NCBI GenBank assembly: GCA_964534105.1
Contig: CAZHOF010000001.1
Location: 13,126-48,243, forward strand
Direction of reading: 5' to 3'
Length of the DNA stretch: 35,118 nucleotides
DNA from: an uncultured Candidatus Saccharibacteria bacterium
Lineage (GTDB): Bacteria; Patescibacteriota; Minisyncoccia; UBA6257; GWB1-50-10
The first letter of the stretch is position 1; every line of letters begins with the position of its first letter. The notes below the pieces were generated by a model that saw only the letters and a list, made by a program, of their open reading frames with translations, did no database searches and had not been told where the DNA came from. This document shows, piece by piece, positions 1-7,329 of the stretch. The translations under genes and the position numbers were made by a program.

Positions 1-50
1 TCCCGCTACATGCACCCCATGCATGCGTACTACCACTATACGACACTCCG
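1..50 (-). tRNA. tRNA-Pro(GGG), 3' part cut off by the window edge
   Basis: The reverse complement of 1-50 reads CGGAGTG..GTAGTGGTAG.. The anticodon stem is CATGC/GCATG and the loop is ATGGGGT (anticodon GGG, G37). The T-arm lies outside the window. Confidence 0.7.
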
Positions 51-111
51 ATTTTAGTGCGGTACCGGCATACTACAAACCCGCAACAATATCTTACCCG
101 TCTTTTTAAGG

Positions 112-140
112 TAATACAAAACTCCGACTTTGGTCGGAGT
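112..140 (-). terminator. Rho-independent terminator downstream of rpmB
   Basis: 8-bp hairpin ACTCCGAC-tttg-GTCGGAGT (121-140), followed on the minus strand by TTTTGTATT. Confidence 0.6.
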
Positions 141-143
141 AAT

Positions 144-335
144 CTATTTCTTTCCCTTTGTGAGCGTTTTAAGACACTGCGTGCAAACCAAAGATCGGTG
201 CTCGGGATGAAGAAGATTCGTCCATTGCAGATTGGCCTTCCGCTTCCCGGTCATCGTTGGGTTGTACTTACCTCGCAGCTTCTTGCGCGTAGTTGCTTTG
301 ATATAGCTTTTTTCACATCGTGCACACTGTCTCAT
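144..335 (-). CDS. rpmB: 50S ribosomal protein L28 (Cys-rich variant)
   Basis: 63-aa basic ORF MRQCARCEK..LRGKYNPT..RKANLQW..CTQCLKT. It shows the L28-like NLQ motif plus two CxxC pairs. Confidence 0.7.
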   Translation of the reverse strand: MRQCARCEKSYIKATTRKKLRGKYNPTMTGKRKANLQWTNLLHPEHRSLVCTQCLKTLTKGKK

Positions 336-388
336 GATAAAAAATAATATAGCAGGTGTAGCTTAGGATATTTCCTGACTGTCTGTCA

Positions 389-449
389 ACCCCGTTAGAA
401 ATCGCTCTCGCGCCGGGGGATTGGAAGATAAACGTTTTTCTAACGGGGT
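389..449. other. Long-range stem-loop between the 478..1089 gene and rpmB
   Basis: A 13-bp perfect inverted repeat ACCCCGTTAGAAA (389-401) / TTTCTAACGGGGT (437-449) encloses a 35-nt GC-rich loop. No T-run follows on the transcribed (minus) strand. Confidence 0.4.
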
Positions 450-477
450 CAACCTTACATCCATCGAGAGACGCTTT

Positions 478-1089
478 TTAACCGAGGACCACCTCTTTAT
501 AGGTTCGGTCTGAAAAATTAAATTCGTAGTGTTTCAAAATATTGTCGGCAGAAATTTGAAGAATGATAGTATTTTTTTGAGAATCCTCCTGGAAAAGCAC
601 GACGCCGCTTACCGCGCTTTTTGACGGCATAGAACCAAACTGACCGATAACATCGGCAACGCGGCGCACGCCTCCGGCAAGGTCTATAATTTCAAGAAAG
701 CTTCGAGGATCGAAAGCGGTGTACCCCGAAGCGTCGCTAGTAAACACCTTGATGCCAACAGCGATTGTACCGTCCGGCTTCTTTTGTACGTTTTCCAGGG
801 TGACGGTAAGGCGACTTTGGGGCTGTAGTGCGGGGCTGGATTGCGTCTCGAGAATAATGGCGCTCGGTATGGTTATCGTCCCCGGAGTGCTGGAACTGAT
901 CGCGGAAACGCCGGTTGAAGAAGCTGACTGTTCCGTTGTGGGACGCGTAGCGAATTCAAGGGAAATTTCAAGATTATCAATGCGAGTGTTTAAGGCGCCT
1001 ATCTGATCAAGGGTGTAATAAAATCCGAACAGTGCGCCGACAAGTAATGCGCCGACAAGAATGGAGAGTGCGACGTTTCCGTTTTGCAT
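478..1089 (-). CDS. Hypothetical membrane-anchored protein
   Basis: The ORF spans 478..1146. The Met at 1089 directly precedes a single TM helix (VALSILVGALLVGALFGFYY). A Ser/Thr-rich linker and a beta-rich C-terminal domain follow. A TATAAT lies 7 nt upstream of this ATG. Confidence 0.55.
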   Translation of the reverse strand: MQNGNVALSILVGALLVGALFGFYYTLDQIGALNTRIDNLEISLEFATRPTTEQSASSTGVSAISSSTPGTITIPSAIILETQSSPALQPQSRLTVTLENVQKKPDGTIAVGIKVFTSDASGYTAFDPRSFLEIIDLAGGVRRVADVIGQFGSMPSKSAVSGVVLFQEDSQKNTIILQISADNILKHYEFNFSDRTYKEVVLG

Positions 1090-1132
1090 GCGACTTATTA
1101 TATCACGTTTTCCTGGTATAATAAGACGGCCT

Positions 1133-1741
1133 GTGGAATTTATCATATTTCAAATCATCATACTTCTCTTTTCCGTAGTGATACACGAAGTGTCTCATGG
1201 GTTCATTGCGGAAAAATTAGGGGATCCGACTGCGCGCCAGCTTGGCCGATTGACGTTGAATCCGTTGAAACACCTTGATCCTTTCGGCTCGGTGATTTTA
1301 CCGTTGCTTCTCGCCCTCTTGCCGACCGGAATCGTGTTCGGATGGGCGAAACCGGTTCCTTACAACCCGCTAAACCTTAAAAACCCCGACCGCGACGGGG
1401 CGATAATCGCGGCCGCCGGGCCTACAAGCAATATCGGAATCGCGGTAGTGTTTGCGATCATTTTCAGGATCGTCCATGCATTCGGCGGACAGGGAACGGA
1501 ATTGCTGCTCGCTTTGCTTTCCTATGTGATTTTAATTAATATTCTTCTCGCGATATTCAATCTTGTTCCAATTCCTCCTCTCGACGGTTCAAAAGTGCTC
1601 TTCGCTTTTCTTTCGGTGCGGGCGGCGAGAACCAGAGCATTCTTGGAACAGTATGGATTTCTCGTTCTTGTTGCATTCATTTTTTTCGGCTTCCAGTTCA
1701 TCATTCCCATTATTTATTGGATTTATAACATCCTGATCTAA
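1133..1741 (+). CDS. Site-2 protease family (peptidase M50) zinc metalloprotease
   Basis: Contains the HEVSHG (HExxH) motif, LTLNPLKHLDPFG, and multiple TM helices. The longest ORF starts at 1061, but that start overlaps the divergent gene. An in-frame GTG at 1133 follows TGGTATAAT (1113-1121). Confidence 0.8.
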   Translation: MEFIIFQIIILLFSVVIHEVSHGFIAEKLGDPTARQLGRLTLNPLKHLDPFGSVILPLLLALLPTGIVFGWAKPVPYNPLNLKNPDRDGAIIAAAGPTSNIGIAVVFAIIFRIVHAFGGQGTELLLALLSYVILINILLAIFNLVPIPPLDGSKVLFAFLSVRAARTRAFLEQYGFLVLVAFIFFGFQFIIPIIYWIYNILI

Positions 1742-1746
1742 TTGTC

Positions 1747-2613
1747 ATGAAACACATTATAGTTATCTACCACGGAAGATGTCTCGACGGTTTCACCGCT
1801 GCATGGACGGCATGGAAAAAGATGGGAAATCGGGCCGACTATCTCCCCGTTGATCCGGAGGTGTTACCGGAAAAAGAACTGAAAAACAAGGAAATTTATA
1901 TCGTGGATAACAGTTATCCCGGTAGCGTTTTAAGGAAGATGAAACGGGAGAATAAAAGCGTAGTCGTGATTGATCACCATATTAGCGCTAAACCGCATGT
2001 GGTATATGCGACCCAGGCAGTGTTTGACACCGCTCATTCCGGATGCGTGCTTGCGTGGAATTTTTTTCATCCCCAAAAACCACTTCCTCAATTATGCCGG
2101 TTTGTTGAAGACGTTGATTTGTGGCGCTTCCAGATAAAGAACTCGAAAGCGATTACGGCAGCCCTGGAGATAGGAGGACAATCTTTTAAGAGGTGGAGTA
2201 ATATTGCCAGAGACCTTGAATCTTCGGATCGCGTGAGGAAATATGTGGGGAGAGGAAGTATTGTTTTGGAGCATCAACAGGAAATAGTAAAAAACTTGGC
2301 GGATCAGGCCGATCTCGTCTCATTCGAAGGGGAAAAGACGCTGGCGGTGAATTCTCCCATTTTTTCCTCTGAAATCGGTGCCGAGCTGGTAAACCGACTC
2401 CCTCCTATCGGTTTAGTGTGGAGAGAGCAAAATGGAAGGATGTGCGTTTCGCTCCGCTCGAATGGAAAAGTTGATGTAGCGCAGATTGCAGCCAAGTTCG
2501 GAGGAGGAGGGCATCGGGCTGCGTCCGGATTTTGCCTTCCGCGAAATACAAAAACTCCATGGAAGTATATCGGTCCTGCCCGGAAAAAAATATGGAGAAA
2601 AAACAAAAAGTAA
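1747..2613 (+). CDS. DHH/DHHA1 family phosphoesterase
   Basis: 288-aa ORF with HGRCLDGFTAAW, DHH (VIDHHIS) and a C-terminal GGGHRAASGF motif. Confidence 0.8.
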   Translation: MKHIIVIYHGRCLDGFTAAWTAWKKMGNRADYLPVDPEVLPEKELKNKEIYIVDNSYPGSVLRKMKRENKSVVVIDHHISAKPHVVYATQAVFDTAHSGCVLAWNFFHPQKPLPQLCRFVEDVDLWRFQIKNSKAITAALEIGGQSFKRWSNIARDLESSDRVRKYVGRGSIVLEHQQEIVKNLADQADLVSFEGEKTLAVNSPIFSSEIGAELVNRLPPIGLVWREQNGRMCVSLRSNGKVDVAQIAAKFGGGGHRAASGFCLPRNTKTPWKYIGPARKKIWRKNKK

Positions 2614-3026
2614 TTATTTATACTGACGGAGGCGCGCGCGGCAATCCGGGACCTGCAGCGATTGGCGTTGTGATAGGCGATAAGCGTTATGCCGAGCGGA
2701 TCGGTAAAACCACAAATAATGTTGCGGAATATCAGGCAATCGTCTTCGCTTTGAAAAAAGCAAAGCAACTGCTTAGCAAAAAGGAAGCAGCGCAATCTCT
2801 TATAGAGGTGAGATCCGACAGTGAATTAGTAGTCCGTCAAATGAACGGTATCTATAAAATAAAAGAGAGTTCACTGACCCCGTTTTTTATTGAAGCGTGG
2901 AATAGGAAACAGGACTTTGCCAGCGTATCCTTTGTGGAAATTCCTCGAGAGGAAAATAGCGTTGCGGATCGTTTAGTAAACGAAGCCTTGGATGGTAAGG
3001 GGGAGAACCAGGATCTTTTCCGGTAA
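2592..3026 (+). CDS. rnhA: Ribonuclease HI
   Basis: Motifs: KVIIYTDGGARGNPGPAAIG, NNVAEYQAIVFALK, SDSELVVRQMNG, NSVADRLVNEAL. The ATG at 2592 is the likely start and overlaps the end of the DHH gene. Confidence 0.85.
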   Translation: MEKKQKVIIYTDGGARGNPGPAAIGVVIGDKRYAERIGKTTNNVAEYQAIVFALKKAKQLLSKKEAAQSLIEVRSDSELVVRQMNGIYKIKESSLTPFFIEAWNRKQDFASVSFVEIPREENSVADRLVNEALDGKGENQDLFR

Positions 3027-3042
3027 AAAAAATAGTAAACTA

Positions 3043-3072
3043 AAGAAACGCCCCCTTAAGGGGGCGTTTCTT
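3043..3072. terminator. Bidirectional intrinsic terminator (rnhA on plus, RNase P RNA on minus)
   Basis: 13-bp GC-rich hairpin AAGAAACGCCCCC-ttaa-GGGGGCGTTTCTT, with T-rich tracts on both strands. Confidence 0.8.
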
Positions 3073-3075
3073 ATT

Positions 3076-3569
3076 GGCACATTGTAAGCCGGATTCTGTG
3101 GTCCGATAAAAAATCGGACTAGCGACAATTTATCTGGGTCGTTGATTGCTCGCGGACTCAAGCGACTCACTCCGACACAAGGTCGGAGTACGGTCTTGCA
3201 CCCGACAAGGATTTAGCCGTTTCACCCCCGCTCTTGTTATCCCTATAAGCGGGGCTGGACCTTCTACGCTGGGATAGGGTCCCTCTGACACTTTCGTGCC
3301 AGAGCGTCTCTGTTCGCACCTCTCGCATTACTGCGGCGGGCTTTTCACCCGTGCCTTGATCCGACGATGAGGTCGGATCGGGAGTCCGGACTTTCCTCTG
3401 CCAAAATTGTTCGAGCGAAACGAGAATGCAATTTTGAGCGTCTCGCCACAGTTCCGACCTCGTCGGAACGACGGCGGGCCCGCCTTCGCATAAAGCTTTG
3501 GCGGGTTCTCAATTTTGTAATCACTCGCGATGCTCGCGAACGAAATTGGAAGCTGTCGCTTAATGTACC
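3076..3569 (-). ncRNA. rnpB: RNase P RNA, bacterial type A, unusually long (about 494 nt)
   Basis: The minus strand carries the conserved type A blocks: AGAGGAAAGTCCGGACTCC (CR-I/P4), GGGTGAAAAGCCCGCCGCAGTAATGCG, GCGAACAGAGA, GCTTGAGTCCGCGAGCAATC..CCAGATAAATTGTC and ACAGAATCCGGCTTAC (CR-V). The 5' GGTACATTAAGC can pair with the 3' GCTTACAATGTGCC (P1/P2). A promoter lies just upstream. Confidence 0.85.
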
Positions 3570-3575
3570 ATTTTA

Positions 3576-3604
3576 ATAATACGAGTATTTGTAAAAATGG
3601 TCAA
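3576..3604 (-). promoter_or_regulatory. Sigma70-like promoter for rnpB
   Basis: The minus strand reads TTGACC, a 17-nt spacer, then TATTAT. The putative start, about 7 nt downstream, coincides with GGTACATT. Confidence 0.5.
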
Positions 3605-3616
3605 ATATCGTATACT
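3589..3616 (+). promoter_or_regulatory. Possible promoter reading into the tRNA-like fragment / tRNA-Thr region
   Basis: TTGTAA, a 16-nt spacer, then TATACT. It ends about 13 nt before the tRNA-like 5' half. Confidence 0.3.
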
Positions 3617-3629
3617 AGAGCTTGACGAA

Positions 3630-3662
3630 TCCGCCTTAGCTCAGCTGGTAGATCCACCTGTG
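3630..3662 (+). pseudogene. Degenerate tRNA 5' half (tRNA-Ala-like), interrupted in the anticodon region
   Basis: TCCGCCT-TA-GCTC-AGCTGGTA-GA(T)C-CACC-TGTG has the layout of a tRNA 5' half. It resembles the 5' halves at 27127 and 27225. No matching T-arm or acceptor 3' strand follows directly. Confidence 0.45.
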
Positions 3663-3730
3663 TCCCAAATCGGGTTCCGGACGAAAAGTAGCGGGATTGT
3701 GTCCTTTTACCTCAAACTTTGTTTTCGGGA
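3663..3730 (+). mobile_element. 68-nt insertion-like or intron-like element with TCCC...GGGA termini
   Basis: Starts TCCCAAAT and ends TTTTCGGGA; the termini are complementary. It is followed by TGTGG-GCGGTGAC, which resembles the TCGGGA-CAA-TGTGG-AGGTCACC junction at 27428. Confidence 0.35.
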
Positions 3731-3752
3731 TGTGGGCGGTGACTTTCGCCAA

Positions 3753-3894
3753 GCCCCTCACCTTTTCTTAATTTTCCGGCTATAATTTATATTAATTGCC
3801 GATGTAGCTCAGTTGGTAGAGCAACGCTTTCGTAAAGCGTGGGTCGTCGGTTCGAATCCGACCATCGGCTCATGATCGAGAAAAGGTGAGGGGC
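3753..3894. repeat. 15-nt perfect inverted repeat bracketing tRNA-Thr
   Basis: GCCCCTCACCTTTTC (3753-3767) and GAAAAGGTGAGGGGC (3880-3894) are exact reverse complements. They lie 30 nt upstream and 9 nt downstream of the tRNA. Confidence 0.85.
3798..3870 (+). tRNA. tRNA-Thr(CGT)
   Basis: Full cloverleaf: GCCGATG-TA-GCTC-AGTTGGTA-GAGC-A-ACGCT-TTCGTAA-AGCGT-GGGTC-GTCGG-TTCGAAT-CCGAC-CATCGGC-T. CCA is not encoded. A TATAAT lies at 3781-3786. Confidence 0.95.
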
Positions 3895-3972
3895 AAGCAA
3901 AGATTTCTCGGCCTGCCACGCTGATTTTGGAAAAATTGTGCGGGATTCGAATCTGGGAGGTAGCTCAAAGAA

Positions 3973-4677
3973 ATGACAAACATCGACTCGAATACAATTT
4001 CAATTTCTGTCCTGGCGGGTGCGGGCGGAGACGATGCGAAAGATTGGGCTCGTATGCTTATACGCATGTATGAGCGGTATTCCGTGCAAAAGGGATGGAA
4101 AGCAAGATTATTGAATGACACCACGTTGGAGGTGAAGGGCGAGGGCGTGTACGGGAAATTGAACAGAGAGTCCGGAGTGCATCGCTTAGTTCGCATCTCG
4201 CCCTTCGATGCGAAAAAACTGCGGCACACTTCCTTTGCGTTAGTTGAAGTTCTCCCGGAACTTCCCAATATAGAGGCAAGCCAAATCGCAATTCCAGAGA
4301 GAGACCTGAAAGTCGACTTCTCGCGTTCCGGAGGACCTGGAGGACAAAACGTAAATAAAGTTGAAACAGCGGTTCGTATCATGCATCTCCCAACGGGTCT
4401 CGTCGCGGCATCCCAAGCAGAACGATCGCAGGCAGGGAACAGGGAAATTGCCTTACGTCTTTTGAAGGCGAAACTCTTCCTCCTTATGGAAAAGAAGCAG
4501 GAGCGTGAACTTGCAAACCTGAAGACGAAAGTGCAGCCGGAGTGGGGTCATGAGATCAGGTCCTACGTTCTCCATCCCTACAAACAAATCAAAGATCACG
4601 AAACGGGAAAGAAAATGTCCCAAGCTGAAGAAGTACTCGAAGGCAATCTTGATTTATTATTTAAAAAACTGGGTTAA
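3973..4677 (+). CDS. prfB: Peptide chain release factor 2, short form lacking the N-terminal domain 1
   Basis: Contains AGAGGDDAKDWARML, the SPF motif (RISPFDAKK), the GGQ motif (SGGPGGQNVNKVETAVRI), and WGHEIRSYVLHPY. It is only 234 aa, and an in-frame TAG at 3961 prevents extension upstream. Confidence 0.85.
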   Translation: MTNIDSNTISISVLAGAGGDDAKDWARMLIRMYERYSVQKGWKARLLNDTTLEVKGEGVYGKLNRESGVHRLVRISPFDAKKLRHTSFALVEVLPELPNIEASQIAIPERDLKVDFSRSGGPGGQNVNKVETAVRIMHLPTGLVAASQAERSQAGNREIALRLLKAKLFLLMEKKQERELANLKTKVQPEWGHEIRSYVLHPYKQIKDHETGKKMSQAEEVLEGNLDLLFKKLG

Positions 4678-4731
4678 CGATGCTATACACTGCACGCTTA
4701 TTATGCTTTCTGCTATGATATAACTGCTTAT

Positions 4732-5427
4732 ATGATCATATTCCAAAACGTTGCGAAGGTGTATAACCATAATTCCGTTGCGCTTGATAAAGTAAGTTTT
4801 AAAATTCAACCCGGAGAATTCGTTTCCATTGTAGGAAGATCAGGTGCGGGCAAGTCTACGGTAGTAAAACTATTAATTGGAGAAGACAAACCCACAAAGG
4901 GCCAGGTCTTTTTTGATTCTTACGAGATAGGCAAATTGAAACCGGCACAACTCCCTGAATTGCGTAGGAGAATCGGCGTTATCTTTCAGGACTTTCGCCT
5001 CTTATCCCGAAAGACGGCTTTTGAAAACGTGTCCTTCGCGCTTGAAGTTGCCGGAAGGCCACAAAGAGAGATTTCCGAATACGTCCCGCAGGTTCTTGAT
5101 ATGGTGGGAATTAAAGGAAAGGCGCATAACTTTCCCGCGGAATTATCCGGAGGAGAAAAGCAGAGGGTTGCAATAGCGCGAGCAATGATTCATCGCCCTG
5201 ACGTTATCATCGCCGACGAACCGACGGGGAATCTTGACCCCTTCAATACGTGGGAGGTAATCAAGTTATTGAGTAAGATTAATGAATTGGGAAGCACGGT
5301 GATTTTAGCAACGCATGATAAGGAAATCGTAAACGCCTTGGGGCAGAGGGTGATTACCATGGACAACGGACGCATCGTGCGCGATGAAGCAAATGGTCGT
5401 TTTCTCATTGATCAAAATATTTCATGA
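4732..5427 (+). CDS. ftsE: Cell division ATP-binding protein FtsE
   Basis: ABC ATPase with Walker A (GRSGAGKST), signature LSGGEKQR and Walker B (IIADEPT). Its end overlaps the ftsX start (ATGA). Confidence 0.9.
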   Translation: MIIFQNVAKVYNHNSVALDKVSFKIQPGEFVSIVGRSGAGKSTVVKLLIGEDKPTKGQVFFDSYEIGKLKPAQLPELRRRIGVIFQDFRLLSRKTAFENVSFALEVAGRPQREISEYVPQVLDMVGIKGKAHNFPAELSGGEKQRVAIARAMIHRPDVIIADEPTGNLDPFNTWEVIKLLSKINELGSTVILATHDKEIVNALGQRVITMDNGRIVRDEANGRFLIDQNIS

Positions 5428-6332
5428 TTGTTTCTTTTCTCCGCATTATTCGATACGGCATGCAGGGTTTTCTGCGAAATGGATGGCTCTCGTTCTCAAC
5501 GGTGAGTATTATGATTCTTGCGGCGTTGGTATTCGAAGGGTTAATCCTTTTTAACGTTGTCGGCAAAACGGCGATCGATTCCATTCAGGACAAAATAGAT
5601 ATTAGTGTTTATTTCAAATCCAGCGTCTCCGAGGATTCAATATTGAATATAAAAAAATCGCTGGAGGGATTAAGCGAAGTAAAGGCGGTGCAATATGTTT
5701 CACGCGATCAGGCATTGGAAGATTTTAAGGCGCGACACGCAGGTGAAAGCGTGGTTACCCAAACACTTGAAGAACTAGACGAAAACCCATTACTAGCATC
5801 GTTAAACGTGAAAGCGCAGGATCCTCGGGAGTACGAAACTATAGCGAAGCATCTCTCCAATCAAAATCTTCAGGAATTTATTGAAAAGATAACTTACGCC
5901 CAGAACCAAATTGTCATCAACCGTTTGGTGGCGCTTGTTGACGCGCTGCGCCAGGGGGGATTTTTACTAACGCTGTTCTTCGCTTTTCTTGCCGCAGTAG
6001 TCACGTTCAATACCATTCGTCTTGCTATTTTCTCAAACAGTGAACAGATCGGCATTATGCGTCTCGTAGGGGCATCAAACGGTTTTATCAGAGGTCCGTA
6101 TATCGTGGAGGGAGTTCTCTATGGAATTATTGCCGGCCTCGTCGGGTTTCTTGTCTTCATCCCGCTTATCGGAATCGGGAGTCCCTATGTGGTAAAACTT
6201 ATTCCCGAGATGAATCTCCAAAACTACTTCAATGACAGTATGTTTTCTTTCTTGTTTTATCAACTCTTGTTTGGGGTTGGCCTGGGAATCCTCTCAAGTA
6301 TATTTGCGGTAAGGCGATATCTGCGCGTATAG
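5424..6332 (+). CDS. ftsX: Cell division permease-like protein FtsX
   Basis: 302 aa with an N-terminal TM helix, a periplasmic alpha/beta domain (ISVYFK..ALEDFK) and three C-terminal TM helices. It is coupled to ftsE. Confidence 0.85.
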   Translation: MIVSFLRIIRYGMQGFLRNGWLSFSTVSIMILAALVFEGLILFNVVGKTAIDSIQDKIDISVYFKSSVSEDSILNIKKSLEGLSEVKAVQYVSRDQALEDFKARHAGESVVTQTLEELDENPLLASLNVKAQDPREYETIAKHLSNQNLQEFIEKITYAQNQIVINRLVALVDALRQGGFLLTLFFAFLAAVVTFNTIRLAIFSNSEQIGIMRLVGASNGFIRGPYIVEGVLYGIIAGLVGFLVFIPLIGIGSPYVVKLIPEMNLQNYFNDSMFSFLFYQLLFGVGLGILSSIFAVRRYLRV

Positions 6333-6369
6333 CGCAGAAACGCTCTCCTACCGATTAAACCAGAAATAT

Positions 6370-6398
6370 TTGACAAAGACGGGCTCTTTTCCTATCTT
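6370..6398 (+). promoter_or_regulatory. Promoter of the str operon
   Basis: TTGACA, a 17-nt spacer, then TATCTT, about 35 nt upstream of rpsL. Confidence 0.5.
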
Positions 6399-6433
6399 TA
6401 CAAGGACGCTTGAAAAAAGCGGGATAACTTTTT

Positions 6434-6844
6434 ATGCCAACAGTTAGACAGCTGATTAAAAAAGGAAGGAAACGCACCGAAGAAAAGGATAAAACTCCGG
6501 CTCTCAGCCGTTATTTCAATTATCTCCGAAACAGGCCGGTTAACTCTCCGTCACCTTTTAAGCGCGGGGTGTGTCTTAAGGTTTTCACCACCACGCCGAA
6601 GAAACCGAACTCCGCCCTTCGGAAAGTGGCTCGCGTACGTCTTACGAACGGCATGGAAGTTACGGCATACATTCCGGGAGAGGGACACAATCTACAGGAG
6701 CATTCCGTGGTGATGATTCGGGGAGGCCGCGTAAAAGATCTCCCGGGAGTTCGCTATCATGTTGTGCGAGGGGTATTAGACACGGGAGGAGTGGAAAATA
6801 GGAAGCAGCAGAGATCGAAGTACGGATCAAAACGAGCGAAGTAG
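6434..6844 (+). CDS. rpsL: 30S ribosomal protein S12
   Basis: [49 protein letters not shown]. Confidence 0.97.
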   Translation: MPTVRQLIKKGRKRTEEKDKTPALSRYFNYLRNRPVNSPSPFKRGVCLKVFTTTPKKPNSALRKVARVRLTNGMEVTAYIPGEGHNLQEHSVVMIRGGRVKDLPGVRYHVVRGVLDTGGVENRKQQRSKYGSKRAK

Positions 6845-6846
6845 CT

Positions 6847-7320
6847 ATGAGAAAAAGATCTTCCTATAAAAAGCAAGAATTGAAAGGGGATTCGGTGTAT
6901 GGGCGCGTTGATGTTCAACGCTTTATAAACTACCTGATGACGCACGGGAGAAAAATTGCCGCAGAAAAGAATTTCTACGGAGCCCTTGACCACGTAAAAG
7001 GAAAGGAAAAAGGAGATCCTGTTCAAATCTTCGAAAAGGCCATTGAAAACACAACCCCTCTTGTCGAGATAGTTTCGAAACGTATCGGAGGGGCGAATTA
7101 CCAAATTCCCCGGGAAGTACGTCCCGAGCGCCAATTTTTCCTCGCAGCCCACTGGATTATTAATGCCGCCCGCTCTGGAAAAGGGAAAGCAATGAAGGAA
7201 AAACTTGCCGAAGAGTTACTTGCAGCGGCGAAGAACGAAGGATCGGCTATTAAAAAGAAATTAGATACGCACCGCATGGCGGAGGCAAACCGGGCGTTTG
7301 CTTCCTTGATGCGCCGTTAA
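6847..7320 (+). CDS. rpsG: 30S ribosomal protein S7
   Basis: S7 motifs (GGANYQIPREVRPERQ, KKLDTHRMAEANRAF) and its position after rpsL. Confidence 0.95.
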   Translation: MRKRSSYKKQELKGDSVYGRVDVQRFINYLMTHGRKIAAEKNFYGALDHVKGKEKGDPVQIFEKAIENTTPLVEIVSKRIGGANYQIPREVRPERQFFLAAHWIINAARSGKGKAMKEKLAEELLAAAKNEGSAIKKKLDTHRMAEANRAFASLMRR

Positions 7321-7329
7321 GATAGATTT

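Noticed and set aside
57-347. 96-aa plus-strand ORF.
   Set aside because: It is antisense to the L28 gene and has no recognisable features, so it is a shadow ORF.
3367-3785. ORFs 3367..3576 and 3597..3785.
   Set aside because: They lie inside the RNase P RNA gene and the tRNA-like/inverted-repeat region respectively, and have no coding features.
3871-3975. Programmed +1 frameshift supplying an upstream RF2 N-terminus.
   Set aside because: There is no CTT-TGA-C site. An in-frame TAG lies at 3961. The only upstream frames are 30-35 codons long and not RF2-like. tRNA-Thr ends at 3870, so there is no room for about 110 codons.
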